DNA from: Podarcis muralis
Taxonomy: Eukaryota
Assembly (NCBI RefSeq): GCF_964188315.1
Contig: NC_135662.1
Location: forward strand, 45,384,001-45,448,000
Direction: 5' to 3'
Length of the DNA: 64,000 nt
Part shown: one piece after another, positions 12,277 to 23,848 of the stretch
Position numbering within the stretch: position 1 is the stretch's first letter
Layout: each line of letters begins with the position of its first letter
The notes under the pieces: model-generated
Told to the model about the DNA's origin: nothing
Seen by the model: the letters and a program-made list of their open reading frames with translations, nothing else
The model's database searches: none
Translations under genes and position numbers: made by a program

Positions 12277-13853
12277 GTATACATGCCATATAAAAACCAG
12301 TTCTCCTGTCTTCAGGCTTTTCAAACTGCTACTGAGGTTTTTCCTATGCAACCTGAATTAGGTGGGCAACCTGCAGCCCAGGGCTCAAATGTGGCCCCTG
12401 ACATCATTTTCTGTGGAATGCAATGTCTTCTTAAACTTTCATCTGAGTTTCTTCCTTCCTTCCTGTTTGTTTCCTGCTTGTTTGTCCTGGTTTTTAAGAT
12501 CATAAGATCAGGATCATAAGATCCTGGATCAGGCCAACCATCCTTCTAGTCCAGCATTCTCTTCTCACAATTGCCAACCAGATGTCTCTGGGAAGGCTGC
12601 AAACAGACCCGAGTACAACAGTACTCTTCCCACTTGCAGAATTATTTACACCAGGAAACAAGATGCCCTTTTCTGTTGTATGAGAAAAAAATATTTCCCT
12701 TTACGACTCTGGAATCTCAAACTCAGCAGCAGCTTACAGCCCTGGGGCCCAATTATGACCCCTTGCAGGTCGCCAGGTGAAAGAGCTGTCAATCACTATC
12801 TTCAGCTCACGTTGCTCGCCTTCCTGCTCCCTATATGTCCTCTATGGTTTCGTATGATGAAGCAGGAGCAACAACAAAAAGACCAGGGGGGAAAATGGAG
12901 AGAGGAAGGTGGCCACATCACAGAGGAGACAAGAAGAAAGGGAAGGGGAAGCTGTGGTGGCGAGGGTGAGGGGACGTGAATGAAAGGAAGTAAGATCTTC
13001 CTTGGAAACGAGGCGATGACTCAATATTTTTTAAGCATACATGCTTAAACTTCAGTAATTTGAGGGGGGGAATGCAGCAAGATAAAATCAATTCTAGAAA
13101 AAAACCGAGTATCATACAATGAACATACAATAGATAGTATCAGATTGCATAATCAAAACAAAACAAAAGAAGAACTATAATCAGATTGCCTAGGAGGGAA
13201 GTTGGAGAGACTTAGAAGTTTGTTATCTCTTGCAGAAGAATCAAAAGGTATTACCACATTTCAGATAGCATAAATAGCTTCCTGTTAACAGGGTTATACA
13301 AATAAGACTACACTAATTATTAGATATTTATATACACACAAATACACATGCACAGAAATACAGCTAATGTCATCTCTTCCATTATCTGCATTAGTGATTT
13401 GATTTGTTTACAGCTAACTTGGAATCTCTGGAACATTATTCTATTTTATCTCTTCCTGGTACTGAGGATTTTCTGTTATGTTCTTAAACTTCTTTATTCT
13501 TTTGTTTTGGTAACTGCTTTGGGGGTCTTTGTTAGAGCTGAAAGAAGGTTTGTAAATATTTAAAACCACAATACATTCATGGAGGAGTAACAATAAATAA
13601 ACCATTAAAATTTTAGAATGCACAAGCCCCAAAAGTTGAGGGGGAATAATGACATCTTGTACACCTATTGTGTTGTTCAAAATCATAGCCTGCCAGCTAC
13701 AACATGTATATCAATTCTTTGCCAATGCAAATTCACCTGTGATGTCATTTGAATTGGATTTGTAATGTTTAAAAACAAAAACAGAATTGGGTTCATACAC
13801 TTCTCTGCATTTTGTTGTGGCACTAACCTTGTGTTTAGGGTTTTAAATAAATG

Positions 13854-13855
<2 letters not shown>

Positions 13856-13888
<33 letters not shown>
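13856..13888. repeat. (CA)n microsatellite
   Basis: Read directly. Confidence 0.95.
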
Positions 13889-13890
<2 letters not shown>

Positions 13891-13964
13891 ATTAAGAACA
13901 TCTAGTGCTAATTTTATTCTAATGTAAGATTTCTTACTAAGACCTTAGTCACTGGCTATACTAG

Positions 13965-14230
13965 CTCACTGGAAGGACAGATTCTGAAGCTGAGGCTCCA
14001 ATACTTTGGCCACCTCATGAGAAGAGAAGACTCCCTGGAAAAGACCCTGATGTTGGGAAAGATTGAGGACACAAGGAGAAGGGGACGACAGAGGATGAGA
14101 TGGTTGGACAGTGTTCTCGAAGCTACTAACATGAGTTTGACCAAACTGCGGGAGGCAGTGGAAGACAGGAGTGCCTGGCGTGCTCTGGTCCATGGGGTCA
14201 CGAAGAGTCGGACACGACTAAACAACAACA
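13965..14230 (+). mobile_element. 5'-truncated RTE-BovB LINE 3' end
   Basis: MRREDSLEKTLMLGKIEDTRRRGRQRMRWLDSV peptide and (AAC)n tail. Appears to interrupt a hAT-MITE-like sequence. Confidence 0.92.
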
Positions 14231-15092
14231 GTGCTAGCTAGGGCTAATGGGAGTTGGGATCCAACAACATCTGGAGGGCATTGTGTTGGCTACCCCTGGT
14301 GTAAGATGAAGCCTGCCAAATTCAGACACAGCCCATTGGGACGTTCTAATGGGAACAGAACAAGAATTCATTTCAGCAGGACTTACACAGAAACATTTTC
14401 TGGTCTTGGTTTACTGCATGGATGAGGAACCTTTTGCCCTCCAGATGTTGCTGAACTAGAACTCCTATCATCCTTGGCCATTGGCCATGCTTGCTAGGGT
14501 TAATGGGAATTGTAGTCCATCTGGTTCCTCGCTTTAGTGAATAGCTAGCCTGCAGAAGAGTTGTGGGAAACTCAACATCTTTTTTGTTTTTAAATAAAGC
14601 AGGTTTAACAGACGTTCTGAAGAAGATATCAAAAGACCTGCTCTTATTTCATGACTACAGTAACAGCGCATTAATCATGCAGCTCCATCTAGAGCAATTT
14701 ATTTCTGGATGCATTTAGCCTTTGGCTCATCCCCTTGTTGGCTAAGAAGAATACATTATTCTTTTATACAAGGGAGCTTCTCATCCAGCATTTCATACTG
14801 TCTCTCCACCTATAAGCATACAAATGCATCTTCCCCAAAGGATGATGTCATTGAATTTTTAACCTGAGGTCTATTTTTAGTGCTATGCTTTTGAGCTCTA
14901 AAAAAATTCTTCAGTGACCTAGCAACTGATGAAAACTGTGATGGTAGAGAAAGAGCTCCCAAAATACATGAAATTAAGACTCCCTGGCAGTCAAATGCTT
15001 TGGTTTCATCCCCTTCCCATGCTAACAGCCTTCTCTCCTCACTTGGTTGGTGAGGAAAATTAACATTTTTTACCCTCTTTGCAAATGGAATA

Positions 15093-15094
<2 letters not shown>

Positions 15095-15142
<48 letters not shown>
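15095..15142. repeat. (CT)n microsatellite
   Basis: Read directly. Confidence 0.95.
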
Positions 15143-15146
<4 letters not shown>

Positions 15147-15439
15147 ATGGTGGTGAGGACAAGAAAATACAAGGCAGCACAGTGTGACAATACAAACATG
15201 AATGGTAGTGGAAAGGCCCCCTCAGCAGCACTCCTCTTTGGCTCAAAAAAATAAACTGCCATGAATTATGTTTTGTTGGCTTATGGTTTGTTTGGAGGAA
15301 CAGGATGGGTTTTATTCTTCTGGTCTGTTCATAGCATTTGATTTTTTTATTTTTTGTTGTTGTTTTCAATGAGTGCTTCCCAGAAAAGTGCCGCAGAAAT
15401 ATTTAATTAATAATAATAATTTAATGTATTTATTTATTA

Positions 15440-15681
15440 CAGTGGTACCTCGGGCTAAGTACTTAATTTGTTCCGGAGGTCCGTTCTTAACCTGAAACTG
15501 TTCTTAACCTGAAGCACCACTTTAGCTAATGGGGCCTCCTGCTGCTGCTGCGCCGCTGGAGCACGATTTCTGTTCTCATCCTGAAGCAAAGTTCTTAACC
15601 CGAGGTACTATTTCTGGGTTAGCAGAGCCTGTAACCTGAAGCGTATGTAACCTGAAGCATATGTAACCCGAGGTACCACTG
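15440..15681. mobile_element. Tigger-like MITE, family A, orientation 2
   Basis: TA|CAGTGGTACCTC...GAGGTACCACTG|TA. Confidence 0.92.
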
Positions 15682-16772
15682 TATTTGTATTTTAAAAGTC
15701 AATCTGCTATATGCAATACTATTCAACACAGTGTTTTTAATGCATGTTTTCCATGTCTCAGCCACTGGTGTGACCAAAAAGGGGCAGCTGCTGAAGAGGT
15801 GGAAAATTAAGCCTGACATTTGTTTTTACAACTTGCTGCATTCTGTTTACAGACACTTACTCACAGGGCCATTTTTCTCACACTCTGGAAATTCCTGTTT
15901 TCTTATATCATATCATGGATTGTTGTGCTCTTTGTAAATCAGAGCTTTTATTGCTTTTATTTTGAAAACTGCTGCTGTTTTATCCTAGATTATGTAACAG
16001 ACTAACAGCATCATTCTAACCAAGGCTACTCAGAAGCAAGTCTTACTAAATTCAACTAAATTCAACGGGGGTTAGGTGGGATTAGAATTTTAGCCTACTA
16101 TACTGAAAAGCCAGAATGTGAAACAACATATCTTTTACTGCTGTTTTGCACTAAATAATCCACTAAATAAATCAACATTACAGCTAAGAGCCAGCAAGGC
16201 AAATTCCAATGAAATCTTGGATAAATGAGGTGATAAGTCACTGCCTCATACATAATGCTGTAAAAAGTAGGATTAACATTGACCCACCTCACAGAAATTG
16301 TGAGCTTCTGGGCCTGTCCACATGGTAACTGGGTAATGGTAACAACAACAACAACAACTTGACAATACAATGTGCACAACTAGTTGCCTACTAGCTCATG
16401 TGGTGCCACCTACCCTTCCGCATTCCCTCCTGTTATATTCTAGAAAGTCGCTGTCCCTGTTGCCTTTTCAGCGCCTAGTGAAGACCCTCCTCTTTCAACA
16501 AACCTTTTAACTGGAGATCCTTATCCCACAGTCTGCATCTGTATTGGTTCTATTTTAATTGTTTTTTAATATATGGAATTGTTTTTAAATGTTTTTCTTG
16601 GGTTGTATCCAGTGTAGCACTAAGTAACTGATTCCATTGCTGAACAGATTTACGCTTGTGCCATGTTTATGGGGAAGACCCCAGAATATGCAACAAACAA
16701 ACAAGCCTCCTCTGCGAAGAGTGCAAAACACTGCTTGCATGTTTTAGGCCCATTTGTAATAACAATAAATAA

Positions 16773-16777
<5 letters not shown>

Positions 16778-16808
<31 letters not shown>
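16778..16808. repeat. (TA)n microsatellite at an L2 tail
   Basis: Read directly. Confidence 0.95.
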
Positions 16809-16812
<4 letters not shown>

Positions 16813-17102
16813 CCCTGCCCATCTGGCTGAGTTTCCCCAGCCACTCTGGGCGGCTTCCAATCGAGTGTTAAAAACAGTACGGCATTAAATATTAAAAACT
16901 TCCCTAAACAGGGCTGCCTTCAGATGTCTTTTAAAGATAAGATAGCTACTTATTTCCTTCACATCTGAAGGGAGGGTGTTCCACAGGGCAGGCGCCACTA
17001 CCGAGAAGGCCCTCTGTCTGGTTCCCTGTAACCTCACTTCTCACAATGAGGGAACCGCCAGAAGGCCCTCGGCGCTGGATCTCAGTGTCGAGGCTGAGCG
17101 AT
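16809..17102 (-). mobile_element. L2-clade LINE 3' end with (TA)n tail
   Basis: Aligns by eye with 23336-23622 and 1505-1680 (GACATCTGAAGGCAGCCCTGTTTAGGGAAGTTTTTAAT on the element strand). Confidence 0.75.
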
Positions 17103-18525
17103 TTGTATATAAAAAAACGAGCCCCACCACATGCACACAAGACCAAGTCTGTCAAAAATTTAAGCAACAGAAGATCTGCCAGCACATCAATGTGCTCCAT
17201 TGTAGAGAAGGAATGGAGAACATCCCAAGAGTTGCAATCCTCATGGAGATGTGAAAACACTAAAGAATAGAGTTTTAGCGGCAGCCAAGATAGATCTACT
17301 CCATTTATCTGGAGTTAATTCCTCTTTAGCCATGATAGTGCAAGACTCTGCCACCAAAGCATCTAAAGTAGAAGCACAGATACAGCTGCACATGCAAGAA
17401 CAACACCTTTCTTGCCCCTTTAATGTAATTAATTTTATATGTGAAAACAACTGCCGTTTTAAGCCACACACACTGGGACGTAGATCTGACCCCTGCCTTC
17501 TGAACAGCATATTCCATGCCCTAGTCTCACGCAGAAGAAACAGAAGCAAAGAAAAAAGGAGCACTTGTTCCAGTCAAATTAACTGCATTACATGAACTAC
17601 ACAAAAGGGCAAGAGGTTCATTAAAATGTGTCACAAAAACAACACTTCAAGGGCTCTTTCAACACATACATGGGAGCTTTGCTGCAAAGAAGAAAGAATG
17701 TTTGAACAATAAAAGCACTGTTTACTAGGATTATGCCTATAAAGCATAGTTTCATTGCTGCAGTTGCCATATCTCACTGAAGGAGTGATTCATTGGCAGC
17801 CCAGCCCAGCAGAAGTCGCAGAGTGTGCATCATTAACAGCAACTTTAAAAAATAAATGCCCAGTGTTTTAAAAATGCCTACCAATGTGCTGTAAATTCTA
17901 TTCTATCCTTTTCCCTTAATGACAAAACCAAAGTGTTTTATGCATTTTATTTTTGGGAATATAAAGTGAACAGTATTCACTGATTACCAGTGGTGTTTAG
18001 TCACCCATACGTGCCTCTAGTTTCACAAGAATTATAACTGTTTGTACAATTCCTCAACCAAATAACTCACAACGTACGGTAAGTTACAAAAAGCAAACCT
18101 CAGGTCTCCTCGGATGAGCAGCGGGATCCTCCAGCACATCTCCATTCTGCCAATTATCCCAGATCTGGACATCCTAACCCCAGGACTGGAACTGTCTGGT
18201 TACATATCCCTCCTGCATCTCTCCCAGGGCCATAGCAGCAGAAGAGATGGTGAGTAAAGCAGGACCCTTGGACTCAGCAGCTCCAGGACCCAACAAGCTG
18301 CACACAAGGCTACTCTGGAGGAGGAGAAGCACATGGGAAACACCTGCTAAGATCAGGGCCTGATCAAGAACCAGGAGGGTGTGGAGTCTCCAGATCCTTC
18401 TTAAGTGCCATGTCTGAGCTGCTTAATTGTTGAAGCAACAGCTCTTAATCCAATCTCCAGCCTGCCTGATCAGGGAAATGGACAAGCCGCTTGTGCCATT
18501 TGTGCCTTGTTAGCTACTGCAAGTA

Positions 18526-19313
18526 CAGTGGTGCCTCGCAAGACGAAATTAATTCGTTCCGCAAGTCTCTTCGTCTTGCGAGTTTTTCGTCTTGCGATGC
18601 ACAGTTTCCCATAGGAATGCATTGAAAATCAATTAATGCGTTCCTAGGGAAACCGCCTTCAGACCAGGTCCGGGGACAGTCTGTCCCCCGACCTCTTCTG
18701 AAGGCTGGGGGGGGGGGGGACAAGGGCCTTTCTTCCCACCCCCAGCATTTTAAAAAACCCCGGGACAGCGGAGGACGTCTCCGCTGTCCGGGGCGATCTT
18801 AAAATGCTGGCAGGCGGCATTTTAAAATCGCCCGGGACAGCGGAGGACTTCTCCGCTGTCCGGGGCGATTTAAAAGCCCCTGGGAAGGCAGGCAGGGGAG
18901 ACAAAGACTTTTGCCCCCGCCTGCCTTCAGAAGAGGTCCAGGACCTCGTTCCGATGCCGGGCGACGGGGTGAGAGGTTCCCACCCCGCTGCCCGGCATCG
19001 GGGCATCGTTCCGATGCCGGGCGGCGGGGGGAGAGGTTCCCGCCCCGCCGCCCGGCATCGGGGCATCGTTCCGAAGCCCAGCGGCGGCGAGAGGAGGTGT
19101 CCCCGCCCCGCCGCCAGGCTTCGGAGGAGGTCCGAGGACAGCGGGGAAGACGCGCTGCGCTTCCCCGCTGTCCCGGAGATTTCCCTATGGGCTGTCGTCT
19201 TGCGAAGCAAGCCCATAGGGAAATTCGTTTTGCGAAACGCCTCCAAAACGGAAAACCCTTTCGTCTAGCGGGTTTTCCGTCTTGCGAGGCATTCGTCTTG
19301 CGAGGTACCACTG
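18526..19313. mobile_element. 788-bp Tigger-like MITE with a GC-rich internal hairpin array
   Basis: 22-bp TIRs CAGTGGTGCCTCGCAAGACGAA / TTCGTCTTGCGAGGTACCACTG (1 mismatch) and TA TSD. No transposase similarity in the overlapping ORFs. Confidence 0.9.
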
Positions 19314-19810
19314 TACTAAACTTCTCAGCCTGCTCTACACAAAGCCAAGTATATGAAAATACTGCACTGTCTGGATCTTCAAAAATTGCTCACTCTACTC
19401 CTGCCAATATGCTCAAAGAAATGCTGCAGAGTTGTTCAGAAAGATTACCTAAGTAAGCATCAGGAAATGTCAACAGGGAGAAATGATTTCAAGTCGGTCA
19501 TGTGCCTATAATTAGGCTACATTATTGAGAACAAGCTGCAACATGGATGAAGATAAAGAAAGACTTCTGTGAGAAAGGGACAAAGGATATGAACATTGAT
19601 CCCTGTTTTGTTTTTAATCACTTGTTGACTATGTGCCAAACGAATCCTGCTATACAATGAACAGGACTTTCCATTCACTAGAAATGATAAATCAAACTAC
19701 TTTGTCCTAAAGCAGTGTGATATGGTCAGGTTAACATGGAACAAAAGCTTCCCTTGTCCTTTTATTTAAGTTTTGTTTTCTCTCCAGTGTTCTCAGATTA
19801 AATCACAATT

Positions 19811-19823
<13 letters not shown>

Positions 19824-19854
<31 letters not shown>
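19824..19854. repeat. (CA)n microsatellite
   Basis: Read directly. Confidence 0.95.
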
Positions 19855-19857
<3 letters not shown>

Positions 19858-20432
19858 CTTCATCTTGGGTTTTTTTTAATGGTATGGTAGATAGCCACAG
19901 GCTACATTCACACTCCAATTTATTCTGTTTCACTGCCGTTACCCTAACTGCTGTTTTGCGCAATTTATTTGAGCTTTCAGCTGACGTAAAAGCAACTTCC
20001 GGAAAACTAATGGAATTTAACGGAATATAGCACTAGTTTAATGCTTATTTCCATGCTATTTGATTTCAGAAAAAATCTGCTTGCAGCTTCTGAAACTTGG
20101 AAAAATCGCATGAGGCAAACTTTCCAGCCTTTGTGATGAGCTGTGGGGCGGCACAATGGCGCATGCCGCACTCGTGGTTCACACTTTTTTCTTTGTCTGA
20201 TGAGGAAGCGTGTGCCAGTGTTTCAGCATAGAAAGTCATGCCAAGCAGGTAAAGCCTGGAAGAATGGCAGAAAGTAGAGGAAGAGGGACAGCATGGAGGA
20301 ATGACATGTGTGAATGACATTTATCACAACATGGCAGAATAGCATTTGAGATGTGGTGGAAGAGGCAGACACAGCGTAAAAGGAACTTTAGAAAGCAGGC
20401 TGGAAGCACTAGCTTTATAATCATTTAAACTA

Positions 20433-20658
20433 CAGTGGTACCTAAGGTTACATACGCTTCAGGTTACAGATTCCGCTAACCCATAAATAGTACCTCGGGT
20501 TAAGAACTTTGCTTCAGGATGGGAACAGAAATCGTGCAGCAGTGGCACAGTGGCAGCGGGAGGCCCCATTAGCTAAAGTGGTGCCTCAGGTTAAGAACAG
20601 TTTCAGGTTAAGAACGGACCTCCAGAACAAATTAAGTTCTTAACCTGGGGTACCACTG
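20433..20658. mobile_element. Tigger-like MITE, family A, orientation 1
   Basis: TA|CAGTGGTACC...GGTACCACTG|TA. Confidence 0.92.
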
Positions 20659-23335
20659 TAATGCAATAAATTCCACGTGTGAATGAAGCAAACAGTCTGA
20701 CTGTCCGGTAGGGGTAAGCAAGGATCCCCTTTGGCAACCAGCAAAGCAAGCTATTGTAAATTAGGAGAGAGCTGGTCCTTTTCTTCTTTTATGCTCACAT
20801 TAAGTCACACTTGGCCAACACAGCTGTAAGCTCCTGTTACTCAAGAGCCTATAAGTTTAGTTGGTATATCTGCACCAACTACCACTTTTATGAAAGGTCG
20901 TATGAAAAAACTGTCCCAATGCAATTTCTGTTTGTCTCATTCCAAGTAAAAAAACCTGAAGAGCATACTGACCCCAACACCAACCCACACCCACTGTTCT
21001 TTATCATTCTTACAGCTATCTACCAGCACAACATTGCTCCCTGAGCTATTCAGGACAATACAACTGTATCTTCCAAAATCTGGTGCTGTGGCAAGATGTT
21101 AGCAGCCAGTATTACAGATATTGAGTGCTGGGATGAGGAGCTCACAGAGCTGGTATCACATAGGCACAAGGACCAGTGGAAGTTCCACTTCAGCCTGCCA
21201 TAATGGGGATAGTTTGTCCAGCGCTTAGTACATTTTCCACAAGACTCTTTTAAGTCCTAGCCTTGAAAAACATAAGAAAATATCTCCTACCACACATTTA
21301 AAAAGTGCTTTGTTACTGCAGAACTGTTTACAAGGATGCTGGCACTGGCCTTTCATGCCAACATGAAAGCATCTTTCACTGAAAGATAATCCATAAAGAA
21401 AGCTGAACTTTTCAAAGAGATCTGAGTAGAAACGAAGAGGGAAAAGGTCACTTTTAAGAATTATACATTTGTTTTTGTCCTTTGAAGCAGACAAAGATGC
21501 TGGTAGCTACTTCCAGTTTTTCCTCCCCCCCAAACTGCAGTGGGTATTATATATCCACTATATAAATGAGTTCCACCTCCTATTTCTGCTTTTAACAGAA
21601 GAGATTCAACTTTGTGCCTTTTAAAGATAACAACAGCAACACCACCACTGAAAATAAAGCTGAAATGGCAATGGTGTTCACATCATTCCACCAGTGCAAG
21701 ATGGATTCATTGTACAAAGACAGCAGAAGTGCATTTGGTTCATTCCTTCTTCCTACTTGTACATACACTTCTGTTTAATCCTCTTCAAAGTTTTAAGACA
21801 ATTCTGTAAAATACAGCTTTGTAGTGCTATAGTCCTGAACAGTTTTTTCACTGGTATCAGTTAGAATTTTGCAGATGAAACAAAAGGACTTCCAGAAACT
21901 AAAACTTGAGTTATGACCACTAAAACGTCTCAAGTACTACAAACATAGAGCACTTATTTATTTTACTTATAAACCACTTTTCACCTATATAGTCATAAAG
22001 CACAAAACCTCCTAGAAAACTGTAAGCCACTGTACATAGCTATAGCTCACAGACAGGATGTAAAGACTTTCCTGTGGCTATTGTGATGCGGAGAGGGGAT
22101 ACTGTGAAAAGAAAACAGAATTGCTGTACAGACTAAGGAAGAAGATTGGGTTAACAAAATGAAACCACCATTCCAATGATCCCCACTTGAAGAAAAGTAG
22201 GCGGAGAGAGATCTCTTACACCACATATTCCTCAGTGTGTTCTGATTCAAAACAGTAGATACTGGGAATGATGAGAAGGATGCATTTTTTTAGCCTACCT
22301 CAAAGTAAATGTACTCACCTTTTGCATTTTCATGTTTATATATGTCATTTGAGATTAAGGACAATGGACATGATGCAGGACACTGCAAAGGACTGGCTAT
22401 TCCCTGTTCTCCTAGTTATTACCAATAAATGAAAGACTGGTGGACTGGATCCAGACAATATCTGTTCATTACCAACTTAAGTCTTGGTACGAACCACTAG
22501 GTTTAAATGACTACAGATGCTTATTGTTGTCTGATTACACAGGCATTATTTGGTTAAACATATGGGACCCAAATATGCCCTTATTTTGTTAACTTAAGTA
22601 GATATGTTTTTAAAAAGAATATGAAAGCACACCACAACAATCTCATCTGGTGAGTGAAGTCATCCTTATACTCACTTCTCAGGACTAATTCTAGTCATTA
22701 TAATTTGATTTATACACATTACTAATGTAATGTATGTTCAAAGGCAGGCTGGACAGTGGTAAAATCATCTTATTACATGTTGGCGAGGAATAAGCAATGA
22801 TTACTCTCTACAATTATACTGAGATAGCAATGACAGTGTTTACATCATTGTTTGGATGAGATTCCGTTTCTAAATTGGGAACGGAGCATCTCAAAACAAT
22901 CCTTCATCGTTATGTGTAGGTAGATCTGAGGTTTCCAAAACGAGCCTGCTAATCTATGAAAGAAATAAGTATATTTAAACCTACTATAAACAAGCTTGAT
23001 TTGGAGATTAACAGCCCCTGAACTTGATTCAGCCTAGAGTTTACATACACAACCGAGGGACAACCCTCAGGCTGCAGTGAGTTCAAAGTGAGATTGACTT
23101 GGGGCAAAGGAGTGGGGAACTGATCACAAGCTCCCTCACTTCAGCCACGCTGAAGTTCATCAAAAGACAAGCAAATGTGGAAACAACAGCAGGATTATTC
23201 CATCTTGAAAACCAATTTCACGGTTCCAGAAAATTCATACAATAATATAGTGAAGGATTAACATAGACCCCTCTCTCCCACCGTGTAGATAGCCTCTATA
23301 ATCAAGTGAGTCTTCCACATGAACAGTTGCAACCC

Positions 23336-23622
23336 CTCTGGGCGGCTCCCAACAGAATAATAAAAACACGATAAAACATCAAACATTAAAAACTTCCCTA
23401 AACAGGACTGCCTTCAGATGTCTTCTAAAAGTCAGGTAGTTGTTTATTTCCTTGACATCTGATGGGAGGGGGTTCCACAGGGTGGGCACCACTACTGAGA
23501 AGGCCCTCTGCCTGGTTCCCTGTAACCTCACTTTTCGCAGTGAGGGAACCACCAAGAAGGTCCTTGGAGCTGGACCACAGTGTCCAGGCTGAATGATGGG
23601 GGTGGAGACACTCCTTCAGGTA
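23336..23622 (-). mobile_element. L2-clade LINE 3' fragment
   Basis: Same family as 16809-17102. Confidence 0.75.
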
Positions 23623-23624
23623 TA

Positions 23625-23848
23625 CAGTGGTACCTTGGTTTACAAACTTACATAATCCGTTCCAGAAGTCCATTCTTAAACCAAGGCATGCTTTCCCATA
23701 GAGGCGGGGGCCTCAATTTACAAATGGAGCACGCTCAACAGAAAGCGGAACATGTTTTGCTTCCAAGGCAAAGTTCACAAACCAAAACACCTACTTCCGG
23801 GTTTGCAGCGTTCTTAATCCAAGTTGTTCATAAACTAAGGTACCACTG
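23625..23848. mobile_element. Tigger-like MITE, different internal sequence, abutting an L2 fragment
   Basis: TA|CAGTGGTACCTT...AAGGTACCACTG|TA. Confidence 0.85.

Noticed and set aside
14810-15262. 150-aa minus-strand ORF with an ER repeat
   Set aside because: The frame is held open by a (CT)n microsatellite and has no homology or splice support.
18090-18520. Possible LTR-like repeat next to the large MITE
   Set aside because: Composition is suggestive, but no termini, TSD or second copy could be identified.
18659-19456. Four overlapping 150-195 aa ORFs
   Set aside because: They lie within a GC-rich repetitive MITE that lacks stop codons by composition, and show no transposase or other homology.
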